From contig CAYVZW010000001.1 in NCBI GenBank assembly GCA_964456325.1, positions 1 to 29,279 of the forward strand: 29,279 bases of DNA, read 5' to 3'. A program made the position numbers and the translations under genes. A model generated the notes under the pieces. It worked only from the letters and a program-made list of their open reading frames with translations, did no database searches and was not told the DNA's origin. This stretch comes from an uncultured Clostridium sp. GTDB lineage: Bacteria; Bacillota_I; Bacilli_A; RF39; UBA660. This document shows, one piece after another, positions 1-8,056 of this stretch (its first letter is position 1; each line of letters starts with the position of its first letter).

Positions 1-74
1 ATAAATAGTTTAAGAATATTATTATGTTTGATAATAAGTAATAATAATGATAAAATAATTATTAAGGAGAAATT

Positions 75-1061
75 ATGGGACTATTCAGCAAAATTAAAAA
101 TATGTTCACTCATGAAGTAAAAGAAGATACAAAAGAAAAGAAAGAAACTGAGATTTATGAAAAAGGTTTAGAAAAATCAAGGGATGAATTTGTAAGTAAA
201 CTATCATTACTAGGAATCAAATATACTAAAATAAACGATTCGTTTTATGATGAATTAGAAGAAATACTAATATCTGCTGATATTGGAGTAAACACAGTAA
301 TGGATTTTGTTGATAGACTTAAAAAAAGAGTTAAAAGTGAAAATATTGAAGACTTTGAATATTTAAAAGAAGTTATTGTTGATGAATTATTTATGATATA
401 TGTAAATGAAGAAATCTTATCAAGTAAACTTAATATAAAAGATGGAGAAACAAATGTAATCCTTTTTGTTGGAGTAAATGGTGTTGGTAAAACAACAAGT
501 ATTGCTAAAATAGGAAAGAAGTTAATAGATAGTGGTAAAAAGGTTATGTTTATAGCAGGAGATACATTTAGAGCAGGAGCAGTTACTCAATTAAATGAAT
601 GGGCTAGCAAAGTAGGTGCTTCATTCTTTGGAGACTCTAGGACTGACCCTTCAGCTGTAATATATGATGGTCTTAATAAAGCAAAAGAAGAAAAAATAGA
701 TGTTGTTTTAATAGATACAGCAGGTAGACTTCAAAATAAAGTAAACTTAATGAAAGAACTTGAAAAGATGAATAAGGTAATAAGTGATATTATTCCAAAT
801 AATCCATGTGAAACATTACTAGTAATTGATGCAACTACTGGACAAAATGGAATAAGTCAAGCAAAAAGTTTTAAAGAAATTACTAACATTACAGGAATAA
901 TACTTACTAAATTAGATGGGACAGCTAAAGGTGGTATAGTTCTAGCAATCAAGGAGTTAGTTGGAATTCCAGTTAAGTATGTAGGACTTGGTGAAAAAGC
1001 TGAAGATTTAATTACATTCGATATAGAAAAGTACATTTATGGATTATTTAAGGAGTTTTAA
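75..1061 (+). CDS. ftsY: Signal recognition particle receptor FtsY (short, NG domain only)
   Basis: SRP-GTPase motifs GVNGVGKTT, DTFRAGA, DTAGR, TKLDGTAKGG; RBS AAGGAG upstream. Confidence 0.97.
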   Translation: MGLFSKIKNMFTHEVKEDTKEKKETEIYEKGLEKSRDEFVSKLSLLGIKYTKINDSFYDELEEILISADIGVNTVMDFVDRLKKRVKSENIEDFEYLKEVIVDELFMIYVNEEILSSKLNIKDGETNVILFVGVNGVGKTTSIAKIGKKLIDSGKKVMFIAGDTFRAGAVTQLNEWASKVGASFFGDSRTDPSAVIYDGLNKAKEEKIDVVLIDTAGRLQNKVNLMKELEKMNKVISDIIPNNPCETLLVIDATTGQNGISQAKSFKEITNITGIILTKLDGTAKGGIVLAIKELVGIPVKYVGLGEKAEDLITFDIEKYIYGLFKEF

Positions 1062-1355
1062 ATGAACGAAAGAGAAAAACTAGTAGAATTATATTTAATA
1101 TATGGAAACTTATTAACAAATAATGAGAGAACATATTTTGAATACTATTATTATGAAGATTATTCACTTACAGAAATAGCAGAGAATCATAATGTAACTA
1201 AAGCAAATGTTAGTAAAGTGTTAAATGTAGTAAGTGATAAATTAAATGATTATGAAGAAAAACTTAAAATTAATGAAAATCATAAAAAGATAAAAGATAT
1301 TATTAGTGGGTTGAATAATAAAGATTTACAAGAAAAAATAGATGAATTATTATAG
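1062..1355 (+). CDS. ylxM: YlxM/UPF0122 family HTH protein
   Basis: YGNLLT..Y..YYY.EDYSL.EIAE...V....V and L..YEEKL pattern of YlxM; directly after ftsY. Confidence 0.85.
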   Translation: MNEREKLVELYLIYGNLLTNNERTYFEYYYYEDYSLTEIAENHNVTKANVSKVLNVVSDKLNDYEEKLKINENHKKIKDIISGLNNKDLQEKIDELL

Positions 1356-1387
1356 AAAATATATTATAATGTATATAGGGTGAGAAT

Positions 1388-1816
1388 ATGAAGAAAAATG
1401 GATGGGGTTTAAGAACGGAATTGTTATTTATATTAATGTTTTTAATGTGTTTAGTTATAGCAACTATAGGTCTTAATAAAATGGGATTACTAGGTGGAAA
1501 TAGTGATTCTATAGATGAGTTTAAAACAGATGTTAACTCTGAAGAAACATATGAAAGTATGGAAGAAAGACTTAATAATGCTGCAAAAGATTATGTAGTG
1601 AAGTATTATGGAGGGGAAAATATTAGTGACTCTATTGTAGTTAGATATTCTTCACTATATTATAATTCATACATTGCAAAATTAGTTGATAATAAAGGTA
1701 GAAGTTGTAGTGGATATGTTGAAGTTGAAAACATTAATTCTAACCTAATATATTATTCATATTTAAAATGCCCTGAATATAAGACTAGTGGATATGATTC
1801 TAGTAAGGATTGGTAA
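1388..1816 (+). CDS. Membrane-anchored pilin-like hypothetical protein
   Basis: KKNG-WGLRTE followed by a hydrophobic helix; C-terminal Cys pair (CSGYV...YLKC). Confidence 0.55.
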   Translation: MKKNGWGLRTELLFILMFLMCLVIATIGLNKMGLLGGNSDSIDEFKTDVNSEETYESMEERLNNAAKDYVVKYYGGENISDSIVVRYSSLYYNSYIAKLVDNKGRSCSGYVEVENINSNLIYYSYLKCPEYKTSGYDSSKDW

Positions 1817-2151
1817 TGAATAGTAAAATAATGTTTTTGTGGGGATTCTTAATAGTAATGATATGTGCATCATTATTAGTTTTAGGAAATATTGGTAATG
1901 ATTATACATTATATAAATTAGAAAGAAATCTTAAATTATCTTCTAAAACTTATTTAGAAAAAAACAATAGAATGCCTGAATATAATGAAACTGAAATAGT
2001 TTATGTTAATGAGTTAATAGATTCGGAAATTATTAAGGAAGACCCAAATATTGATAAATATTGCATAAAAGAAATAATGATAAAAAAAGGATTGCTTTTT
2101 AATAAATATGAAGTTTATAAAGAATGCAAAGTAGAAATGAAACAAGAATAG
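1816..2151 (+). CDS. Membrane-anchored hypothetical protein, probable distant paralog of the 1388 gene
   Basis: ATG at 1816 overlaps the upstream TAA (TAATG) with AAGGA RBS; N-terminal TM helix; C-terminal Cys pair. Confidence 0.6.
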   Translation: MNSKIMFLWGFLIVMICASLLVLGNIGNDYTLYKLERNLKLSSKTYLEKNNRMPEYNETEIVYVNELIDSEIIKEDPNIDKYCIKEIMIKKGLLFNKYEVYKECKVEMKQE

Positions 2152-2200
2152 TATTATATTTTTGTTTTTTATTGTATAATAAATATGAAAGGAGTTAAAA

Positions 2201-2995
2201 ATGAATTATTTAACAATAACAATTATTATTGTATTCGTAATTATACTATTAAAAAGTATAGTACAAATTGATGAATACGAAAGAGGAGTAAAGTTTACTA
2301 GAGGAAGATTTAGTGAAATAATGAATCCTGGATGGAATATTGTATGGCCAATATTTCAAAGTTATAAAAAAATTGACATAAGAGTAAAAGCCGTAGATGT
2401 TCCAGAACAAGAGGCAATTACAAAAGATAATGTTTCTGTCAGAATAAATGCAGTTATTTACTATAAAGTATTTGATGCATCTAAAGCAATTTTAGAAGTT
2501 GAAAACTTTTTCTATGCAGTTAGTCAATTAGCACAAACAACCATGAGAAATGTAGTTGGCTCAGTATCTCTTGATGAATTATTAGCGGAACGTGAAAAAG
2601 TATCTTCAGCAATTTGTAAAATAATTGATGAAGCAACAGACCCATGGGGCGTAAAAGTAGAAAATGTTGAATTAAAAGACGTTTCACTTCCTGAAGATAT
2701 GAAGAGAGTAATTGCTAAAGTAGCAGAAGCAGAACGTGAAAAATTAGCAGTTATTACAAAAGCTGAAGGGGAAGTTGAGGCATCAAAGAATTTAGCCATT
2801 GCTGCTGAAACTATGGCATCTACTCCGGGAGCTCTTCATTTAAGAACTTTAGCAACAATCAATGATGTTAGTAGTGATCAATCAAATACATTAGTATTCT
2901 GTATTCCACTTGAAATATTAAAATCATTTGATGCAGGAAATGGTTCTGCAGTAGTGAAAAAAATAATTGATCATAATAAAAATAATGAAATGTGA
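2201..2995 (+). CDS. SPFH/band 7 (stomatin-like) membrane protein
   Basis: N-terminal TM; ITKDNVSV.INAV, AQTTMRNVVG...LDELL..RE, WGVKVENVELKDV.LP, AEAERE coiled region. Confidence 0.93.
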   Translation: MNYLTITIIIVFVIILLKSIVQIDEYERGVKFTRGRFSEIMNPGWNIVWPIFQSYKKIDIRVKAVDVPEQEAITKDNVSVRINAVIYYKVFDASKAILEVENFFYAVSQLAQTTMRNVVGSVSLDELLAEREKVSSAICKIIDEATDPWGVKVENVELKDVSLPEDMKRVIAKVAEAEREKLAVITKAEGEVEASKNLAIAAETMASTPGALHLRTLATINDVSSDQSNTLVFCIPLEILKSFDAGNGSAVVKKIIDHNKNNEM

Positions 2996-3011
2996 GAAAT
3001 CACATTTTTTT
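2988..3011 (+). terminator. Intrinsic terminator after SPFH gene
   Basis: AAATGTGA-GAAA-TCACATTT then T-run. Confidence 0.85.
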
Positions 3012-3053
3012 AATAATTAATTTATTTATTCATACTATTTATTAGGTGATATA

Positions 3054-4205
3054 TTGAAAAAGATTTTTTTGACAATTTTATTAATAATAATTTGTATTGT
3101 AAAAGTTAATGCATCTGTAGATTATACTCCAAATGCAAAAAGTTCTATATTGATTGAAGCAAGTACAGGGAAAATATTATATGAAAAGAATATAGATGAA
3201 AAGAGAAGCCCTGCATCAATGACAAAAATAATGACTTTATTATTAACAATGGAAGCAATAGAAAGTGGAAGAATCAAATTAGATGATCAGGTATTTATTT
3301 CTAAGAATGCTTCTAGTATGGGTGGAACACAAATATTTGTACAAGAGAATACTTATGTAAGTGTTGAAAATTTAATAAAGGGAATGGGTATCGCTTCAGC
3401 TAATGATGCTGCGGTAGCTATGGCAGAGTATATTGGAGGTACTGAAGAAAATTTTGTTAATATGATGAATGAGAGGGCAATTGAACTTGGATGCAAAAAT
3501 ACAAATTTTATGAATCCACATGGATTAGATGAAGAGAATCATTATACAACTGCATATGATTTATCATTGATAGCAAAAGAACTTGTAAAACATGAATATG
3601 CAATTAATATAACAAGTACATATGAAGACTATATTAGTGTCTCTGGTCAGAACCATTGGTTAGTGAATACAAATAAACTTGTAAAATTCTATAAAGGAAT
3701 AGATGGCTTAAAAACAGGATATACAGATAATGCTTTGTATTGTTTAACTGCAACAATGCTTAAAAATGATATGAGACTTATTAGCATAGTAATGGGAGTA
3801 GATACAAAAGATCATAGAAGTAGTGATACAGTTTCTTTATTAGAATATGGATATAGTATGTATGGAAGTAAAATTATAATTGATAAGAATAAATATGAAG
3901 GAAAAACTTATATATCAAATAGTAATAATAGAGAAGTAAAATATTATTTAAAAGATGATGTAAAATTGATAGTGGATAAAAATACAAAAGATATTGAGTA
4001 TAAAATAGAAGAAAAAATAGATAAGTTAAAAGCACCATTATCAAAGGATTCTACGATTGGGACACTATATTTAAAAGTTGAAGATCAAACATACGAATAT
4101 GATTTAATAATAAAGGAAGATGTTGTTAAGTCAAATTACTTTAGAACTATAGTTAATCTATTTGGTGATGTAATAAATGGTAAAGTAAACACTATATTAA
4201 AGTAG
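3054..4205 (+). CDS. D-alanyl-D-alanine carboxypeptidase (peptidase S11, DacF/DacB-like)
   Basis: Signal peptide; ASMTK (SxxK), SAND (SxN), LKTGYT (KTG); TTG start after AGGTGA. Confidence 0.93.
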   Translation: MKKIFLTILLIIICIVKVNASVDYTPNAKSSILIEASTGKILYEKNIDEKRSPASMTKIMTLLLTMEAIESGRIKLDDQVFISKNASSMGGTQIFVQENTYVSVENLIKGMGIASANDAAVAMAEYIGGTEENFVNMMNERAIELGCKNTNFMNPHGLDEENHYTTAYDLSLIAKELVKHEYAINITSTYEDYISVSGQNHWLVNTNKLVKFYKGIDGLKTGYTDNALYCLTATMLKNDMRLISIVMGVDTKDHRSSDTVSLLEYGYSMYGSKIIIDKNKYEGKTYISNSNNREVKYYLKDDVKLIVDKNTKDIEYKIEEKIDKLKAPLSKDSTIGTLYLKVEDQTYEYDLIIKEDVVKSNYFRTIVNLFGDVINGKVNTILK

Positions 4206-4213
4206 TGTTTTTT
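4187..4213 (+). terminator. Intrinsic terminator after carboxypeptidase gene
   Basis: AAACACTA-8 nt-TAGTGTTT then TTT. Confidence 0.7.
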
Positions 4214-4321
4214 AACTTCTATTTTTGAATTTTTAGTAAAAGTGAAAAATTCAATTTTATGTTTCTAATATTATTTAACTATTATATAAAAATGATGTAT
4301 AATGATAATGGAGGTAATAAG

Positions 4322-4972
4322 ATGAAAAAAATATGGAAAGGAATTAATAAAAGAAAATATCTAGATTACTTAATTAAAGGAATTTATGCAGGAATATTAA
4401 TTGGAATTGGAGGAACTATTTTTTTATCACTTGATAATAAAATAATGGGATCTTTTCTATTCTCAATAGGTTTATTAATGATATGTATGTACGGAATGAA
4501 CTTATATACTGGTAAAGTAGGATATGTTCTTATTAATAAAGTTGATTATATTTGGGAATTACTTATATCATTAGTTGGAAACTTTATTGGAACATTCTTA
4601 GTTGGATTCCTTATGAGAAATACTAGATTTATTGCATTAAGTGAAAAAGCATTAACTATATCAAATGCTAAATTAAATGATAATTTACTTAGTATATTTA
4701 TATTATCATTGTTCTGTGGAATGCTTATGTATATTGCTGTAAATAACTATAAAAAAGTATCTGGAGAAATTGGAAAATATATAGGTATATTTCTATGTGT
4801 AATGGTATTTATACTATGTGGATTTGAACACTGTGTTGCGAATATGTATTATTTTACAGTAGCTAACGTATGGTCTCTTAAAACATTCTTATACTTATTA
4901 ATAATGATATTAGGAAATAGTGTTGGTTCAATAATAATTGCATTTTTCTACAATAGATATTATAAAAACTAA
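4322..4972 (+). CDS. Formate/nitrite transporter (FNT) family channel
   Basis: GIYAGILIGIGG, LYTG, NFIG, FILCGFEHCVANM; start moved to ATG 4322 behind GGAGG. Confidence 0.9.
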   Translation: MKKIWKGINKRKYLDYLIKGIYAGILIGIGGTIFLSLDNKIMGSFLFSIGLLMICMYGMNLYTGKVGYVLINKVDYIWELLISLVGNFIGTFLVGFLMRNTRFIALSEKALTISNAKLNDNLLSIFILSLFCGMLMYIAVNNYKKVSGEIGKYIGIFLCVMVFILCGFEHCVANMYYFTVANVWSLKTFLYLLIMILGNSVGSIIIAFFYNRYYKN

Positions 4973-4984
4973 TTTTTAATTAAC

Positions 4985-5026
4985 AAAAACATCTAATAAT
5001 TTAATTATTTAAAATTAGGTGTTTTT
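4985..5026 (+). terminator. Probable intrinsic terminator after FNT gene
   Basis: AAAAACATCTAAT / ATTAGGTGTTTTT stem with 16-nt loop. Confidence 0.65.
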
Positions 5027-5105
5027 ATTTGTCATAATTTGATGCCTCAAAAAAAAGTGTTTTCACATAAAAAAGGTAATAATTAAGTAGAAGGGAGGAA
5101 ATGGA

Positions 5106-6296
5106 ATGAAAAAAAGTCTATTTGCTATATTATTACTTTTGATAAGTATAAATACTGTTAATGCTTATACTTATTCAAGTTATAGTGAAGAATATCCTGA
5201 AGGGGTAAATGAAATTCTAATAGAAAGAGAGGTAAGATATAAATGGTACAAAGAAACTATAACAGATATAGAATATTTACCTAGAAGTCAGTTCGGAAAT
5301 AAAGAGTATGATTTAAATGATTTTATTTATTCAAATGAAAGTGAAGAGACAATGGATAAAATTGAAAGCACTGAAGACAGGATAGTCACACAAGAATATA
5401 AATCACATACATTTTCTGAAGATGATATTAATCACGTATTAATAAGTGACATGTATTATCAAAGTAGAGTGTACTTTAGCGAAATTGAAGTGTATGACAC
5501 GAATACTAATAAGAAAATAGAATATACTTTTGAAAATGAATATAACGATATTTATCATAACGATATATTAAATGATGGTGAGACTAACTTATATATGGAA
5601 GTATATGCTCCAATGAGGATATCTTTAAACTTAGGCAAAAAGTACAATATGAATAATTTGTTAGTAAAAGTATATTATAAGTCTGAAGGAACTGAGTACA
5701 AGAGATTTACTAATATGTTTGCTTATGGAATAAATCTTGGTTTAGCATTTCAATATAACATAGTTGGAGATTGTCCTAATGGATGTGTTTTCTCTTTACA
5801 AAAAGATTCTTCATACAAAGGAACACTTACACATACAATACCATTTTATAAATATAACGATAAATTATATAAAACATATAATGTGAACAAAGAATATGAA
5901 AATGACTACTATAAAGAATTAGATGGTTATGTTAAAGATGAAGAAACTAAAACCATATTCTATAGATATATTACAGATGATCATTATTATATAGATTTAG
6001 ATGGTAATTTAGTTAATATTGAAAGTGGATATTGCGATAAAAACTATTGCTCATACATAAGAATAAAGAAAGAAGAAGTATCAAGCCCTGTAATAGAAGA
6101 TATTTCAAGTACTATAGATATTATACAAAATCCTAAAACTTATGATGACATTGATAGATATTTATTAAGCGGTATTATTTGTACTGCAGTAATATTATTA
6201 ATAACCATTGGAACTATATTACTTAAAAAATATGTAAAAAAAAGTCACACGAATAAAATATCTAAATTTGTCGAAATTCACAAATTGGATCAATAA
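5106..6296 (+). CDS. Secreted/surface protein with C-terminal NPKT motif and TM anchor
   Basis: Signal peptide ending VNA; acidic Tyr-rich body; NPKTYD, hydrophobic helix, basic tail; GGGAGG RBS. Confidence 0.8.
   Translation: MKKSLFAILLLLISINTVNAYTYSSYSEEYPEGVNEILIEREVRYKWYKETITDIEYLPRSQFGNKEYDLNDFIYSNESEETMDKIESTEDRIVTQEYKSHTFSEDDINHVLISDMYYQSRVYFSEIEVYDTNTNKKIEYTFENEYNDIYHNDILNDGETNLYMEVYAPMRISLNLGKKYNMNNLLVKVYYKSEGTEYKRFTNMFAYGINLGLAFQYNIVGDCPNGCVFSLQKDSSYKGTLTHTIPFYKYNDKLYKTYNVNKEYENDYYKELDGYVKDEETKTIFYRYITDDHYYIDLDGNLVNIESGYCDKNYCSYIRIKKEEVSSPVIEDISSTIDIIQNPKTYDDIDRYLLSGIICTAVILLITIGTILLKKYVKKSHTNKISKFVEIHKLDQ
6267..6276 (+). promoter_or_regulatory. Candidate Spo0A box (TTTGTCGAAA)
   Basis: Perfect TGNCGAA core at 6269-6275, about 50 bp upstream of the SpoIIAA-like start. 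Confidence 0.55.
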
Positions 6297-6324
6297 TGTA
6301 GTAAAGTTATATTCAGGTGATGAA

Positions 6325-6669
6325 ATGTCTACAGATATAGAGTTTAGGAAAGGAATATTGTTTGTAAGAATTAAAGGTATTTTAGTAGGAAATAAAGTAA
6401 GAAAATTTGAAAGTGAGGTTATTCCAATATTATTAGGACTAGAAGCTAAAAATGTAACTCTTAATTTATATGATGTTAAACTTATAGATAAAAGAGGACT
6501 TGATTCAATAATTAAGTTATCAGAGTTAGTTAATAATAAGAATAAAGGTAAGTTGGCTATTTGCGAAATCAATGAAAATATTTCAAATAACTTTGCACAA
6601 AGTGATGTATTTGAATATTGTTTTAGAACAAAAAATGAACTTACATCGTTAGGAGTGTTTTCTATATGA
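6325..6669 (+). CDS. STAS-domain anti-sigma antagonist, SpoIIAA-like, lacking the phospho-acceptor serine
   Basis: GILFVRIKG, VTLNLYDVKLID.RG, GKLAIC..N, SDVF pattern of SpoIIAA; DSSG reads DKRG; start at ATG 6325 after AGGTGA. Confidence 0.85.
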   Translation: MSTDIEFRKGILFVRIKGILVGNKVRKFESEVIPILLGLEAKNVTLNLYDVKLIDKRGLDSIIKLSELVNNKNKGKLAICEINENISNNFAQSDVFEYCFRTKNELTSLGVFSI

Positions 6670-7295
6670 TAGATACTATTATTGAAGAATGTGATGGACT
6701 TATTTATTCAATAGCGTCTCAATATAAAAATAATTATAATATAGAAGATTTATATCAAGCTGGATGTATTGGTGTAATGAAAGCATATAAAAACTTTAAT
6801 GGAAATTTAAATGTTAAATTCTCTAGTTATGCTTATAAATATATTGTTGGCGAAATGATTGATTACATAAGAAAAGATAGGAATATTAAAGTAAGTAATG
6901 AATATTATGATGTATATAAAAGATATGAAAAGACTAAGAATCTTTTAAGAAATAGATTTTGTAGAGAACCTAAATTCCAAGAAATATGTGAATTCATGGG
7001 ACTTAATGAACAAGAACTATTATGTATAATTGAAAGCACTGCATTTACTAAAAGCATAGAACAAGAAGAAATGATAGAGTCTTATGTTAGCGAAGATGAT
7101 AAACTAATAAATCGTTTAGCACTTGACGCAGAACTTGAAAATATTGAAGAGCCTGCTAAAAGCATAATTAAATATAGATACTATTATGGAATGTCTCAAC
7201 AAGAAACAGCAAGTATAATGGAATTATCTCAATCAAGAATTTCAAGAGAGGAGAGTCATGCTCTTAAAAGAATAAAAAGTAAAATAGTTGCATAA
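6666..7295 (+). CDS. RNA polymerase sigma factor, SigF/SigG/SigB subfamily
   Basis: EDLYQAGCIG.MKA...F....KFSSYA...I.GE...YIR, REP...EI, region 4 YYYGMSQQETA..MELSQSRISREE; ATGA overlap with STAS gene. Confidence 0.9.
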   Translation: MIDTIIEECDGLIYSIASQYKNNYNIEDLYQAGCIGVMKAYKNFNGNLNVKFSSYAYKYIVGEMIDYIRKDRNIKVSNEYYDVYKRYEKTKNLLRNRFCREPKFQEICEFMGLNEQELLCIIESTAFTKSIEQEEMIESYVSEDDKLINRLALDAELENIEEPAKSIIKYRYYYGMSQQETASIMELSQSRISREESHALKRIKSKIVA

Positions 7296-7310
7296 AAAAT
7301 GCAACTTTTT
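7286..7310. terminator. Terminator between convergent genes
   Basis: AGTTGCAT-AAAAA-ATGCAACT then TTTT. Confidence 0.8.
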
Positions 7311-7971
7311 AGTTGCCTTTCTTTCTTTTAATAAGAGCAGATATAATATAACCAAGTATTCCTGCTATAACACCTACGACTATTATTTGATTCCTTCTAC
7401 TATCAAAGAAACCTTCTAATTTAATCTCACTGTCATTAATTTTAAAACTCTTTAATAAAGTTTTTGCTTCACTTGATGTTTGTGCTTCTTCAGTAGTAGT
7501 CGAGTATGTTAATGTTGTAATATAGTTTTCAGTTGTAATAACATAATTCTTTTGATACATATCATATCCAAACGAATCTTTTGTTGGCCATGTAGCAGTA
7601 TAAGTAAGAGCGGAATAATCATTTAATTTAGTGATTTCCAAATCACTTACTTGAACAGTAATGTCATATTCACTAAGCTCTGTAGCAATTGAATTTTCAA
7701 TTGTTTTCTTATAATCTTCTAAATCAGTTTTTGTAAACTTATCAACATTTTGCTTTTTAGTTGCAGGATTCTTTTCGATAGTTACAAAAATACTTGGAGA
7801 ATTTTCAGCATTATTACTTTCCCAAACATAAGTATTATCAGTTTGTTCTAATTCTTTATAAGTATCAGGAATATCAATACTAAAATAATCATTTTCATAA
7901 GCACAAACTACGTTAGGTAGTAGTAATAAACATATTATTAACATTGTTTTTTTAATAAACATATAATTCAC
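7309..7971 (-). CDS. Exported protein with C-terminal TM anchor, possible PsbP/DcrB-like fold
   Basis: Signal peptide; FSIDIP..Y, IFVTIE, ALTY, YITTLTY, LLKSFKI pattern; C-terminal TM plus KRKK; only - strand gene. Confidence 0.65.
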   Translation of the reverse strand: MNYMFIKKTMLIICLLLLPNVVCAYENDYFSIDIPDTYKELEQTDNTYVWESNNAENSPSIFVTIEKNPATKKQNVDKFTKTDLEDYKKTIENSIATELSEYDITVQVSDLEITKLNDYSALTYTATWPTKDSFGYDMYQKNYVITTENYITTLTYSTTTEEAQTSSEAKTLLKSFKINDSEIKLEGFFDSRRNQIIVVGVIAGILGYIISALIKRKKGN

Positions 7972-8006
7972 CTTAAAAACATTATATCATATCTTACATA
8001 TTTTAT

Positions 8007-8034
8007 TTGATTTTAGTAATTAAAATGTTATAAT
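8007..8034 (+). promoter_or_regulatory. SigA-type promoter
   Basis: TTGATT-16 bp-TATAAT with TGn extension. Confidence 0.65.
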
Positions 8035-8056
8035 TTTATTATAGAGAGGAAAAATT

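Noticed and set aside
2524-2799. Antisense ORF in the SPFH gene, and similar short antisense ORFs at 13347, 15816, 16912, 17569, 17892, 21378, 23100 and 23697
   Set aside because: All lie fully opposite confident genes with no independent support.
4259-4321. Upstream extensions of ORF-track starts (also 6268, 12531, 13253, 19268, 24275)
   Set aside because: They run through promoter sequence; downstream ATGs have well-spaced RBSs.
5042-5086. 14-codon upstream ORF MPQKKVFSHKKGNN and a SigF-like -10 (GGTAATAAT, 5075-5083)
   Set aside because: No RBS or attenuator structure for the ORF; no matching -35 at 15-bp spacing for the promoter.
6219-6572. 117-aa antisense ORF over the STAS gene
   Set aside because: Shadow of the coding strand; no RBS or family signal.
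6848-6854. Second TGNCGAA (TGGCGAA)
   Set aside because: Inside the sigma CDS, encoding the conserved GE of region 2.4.
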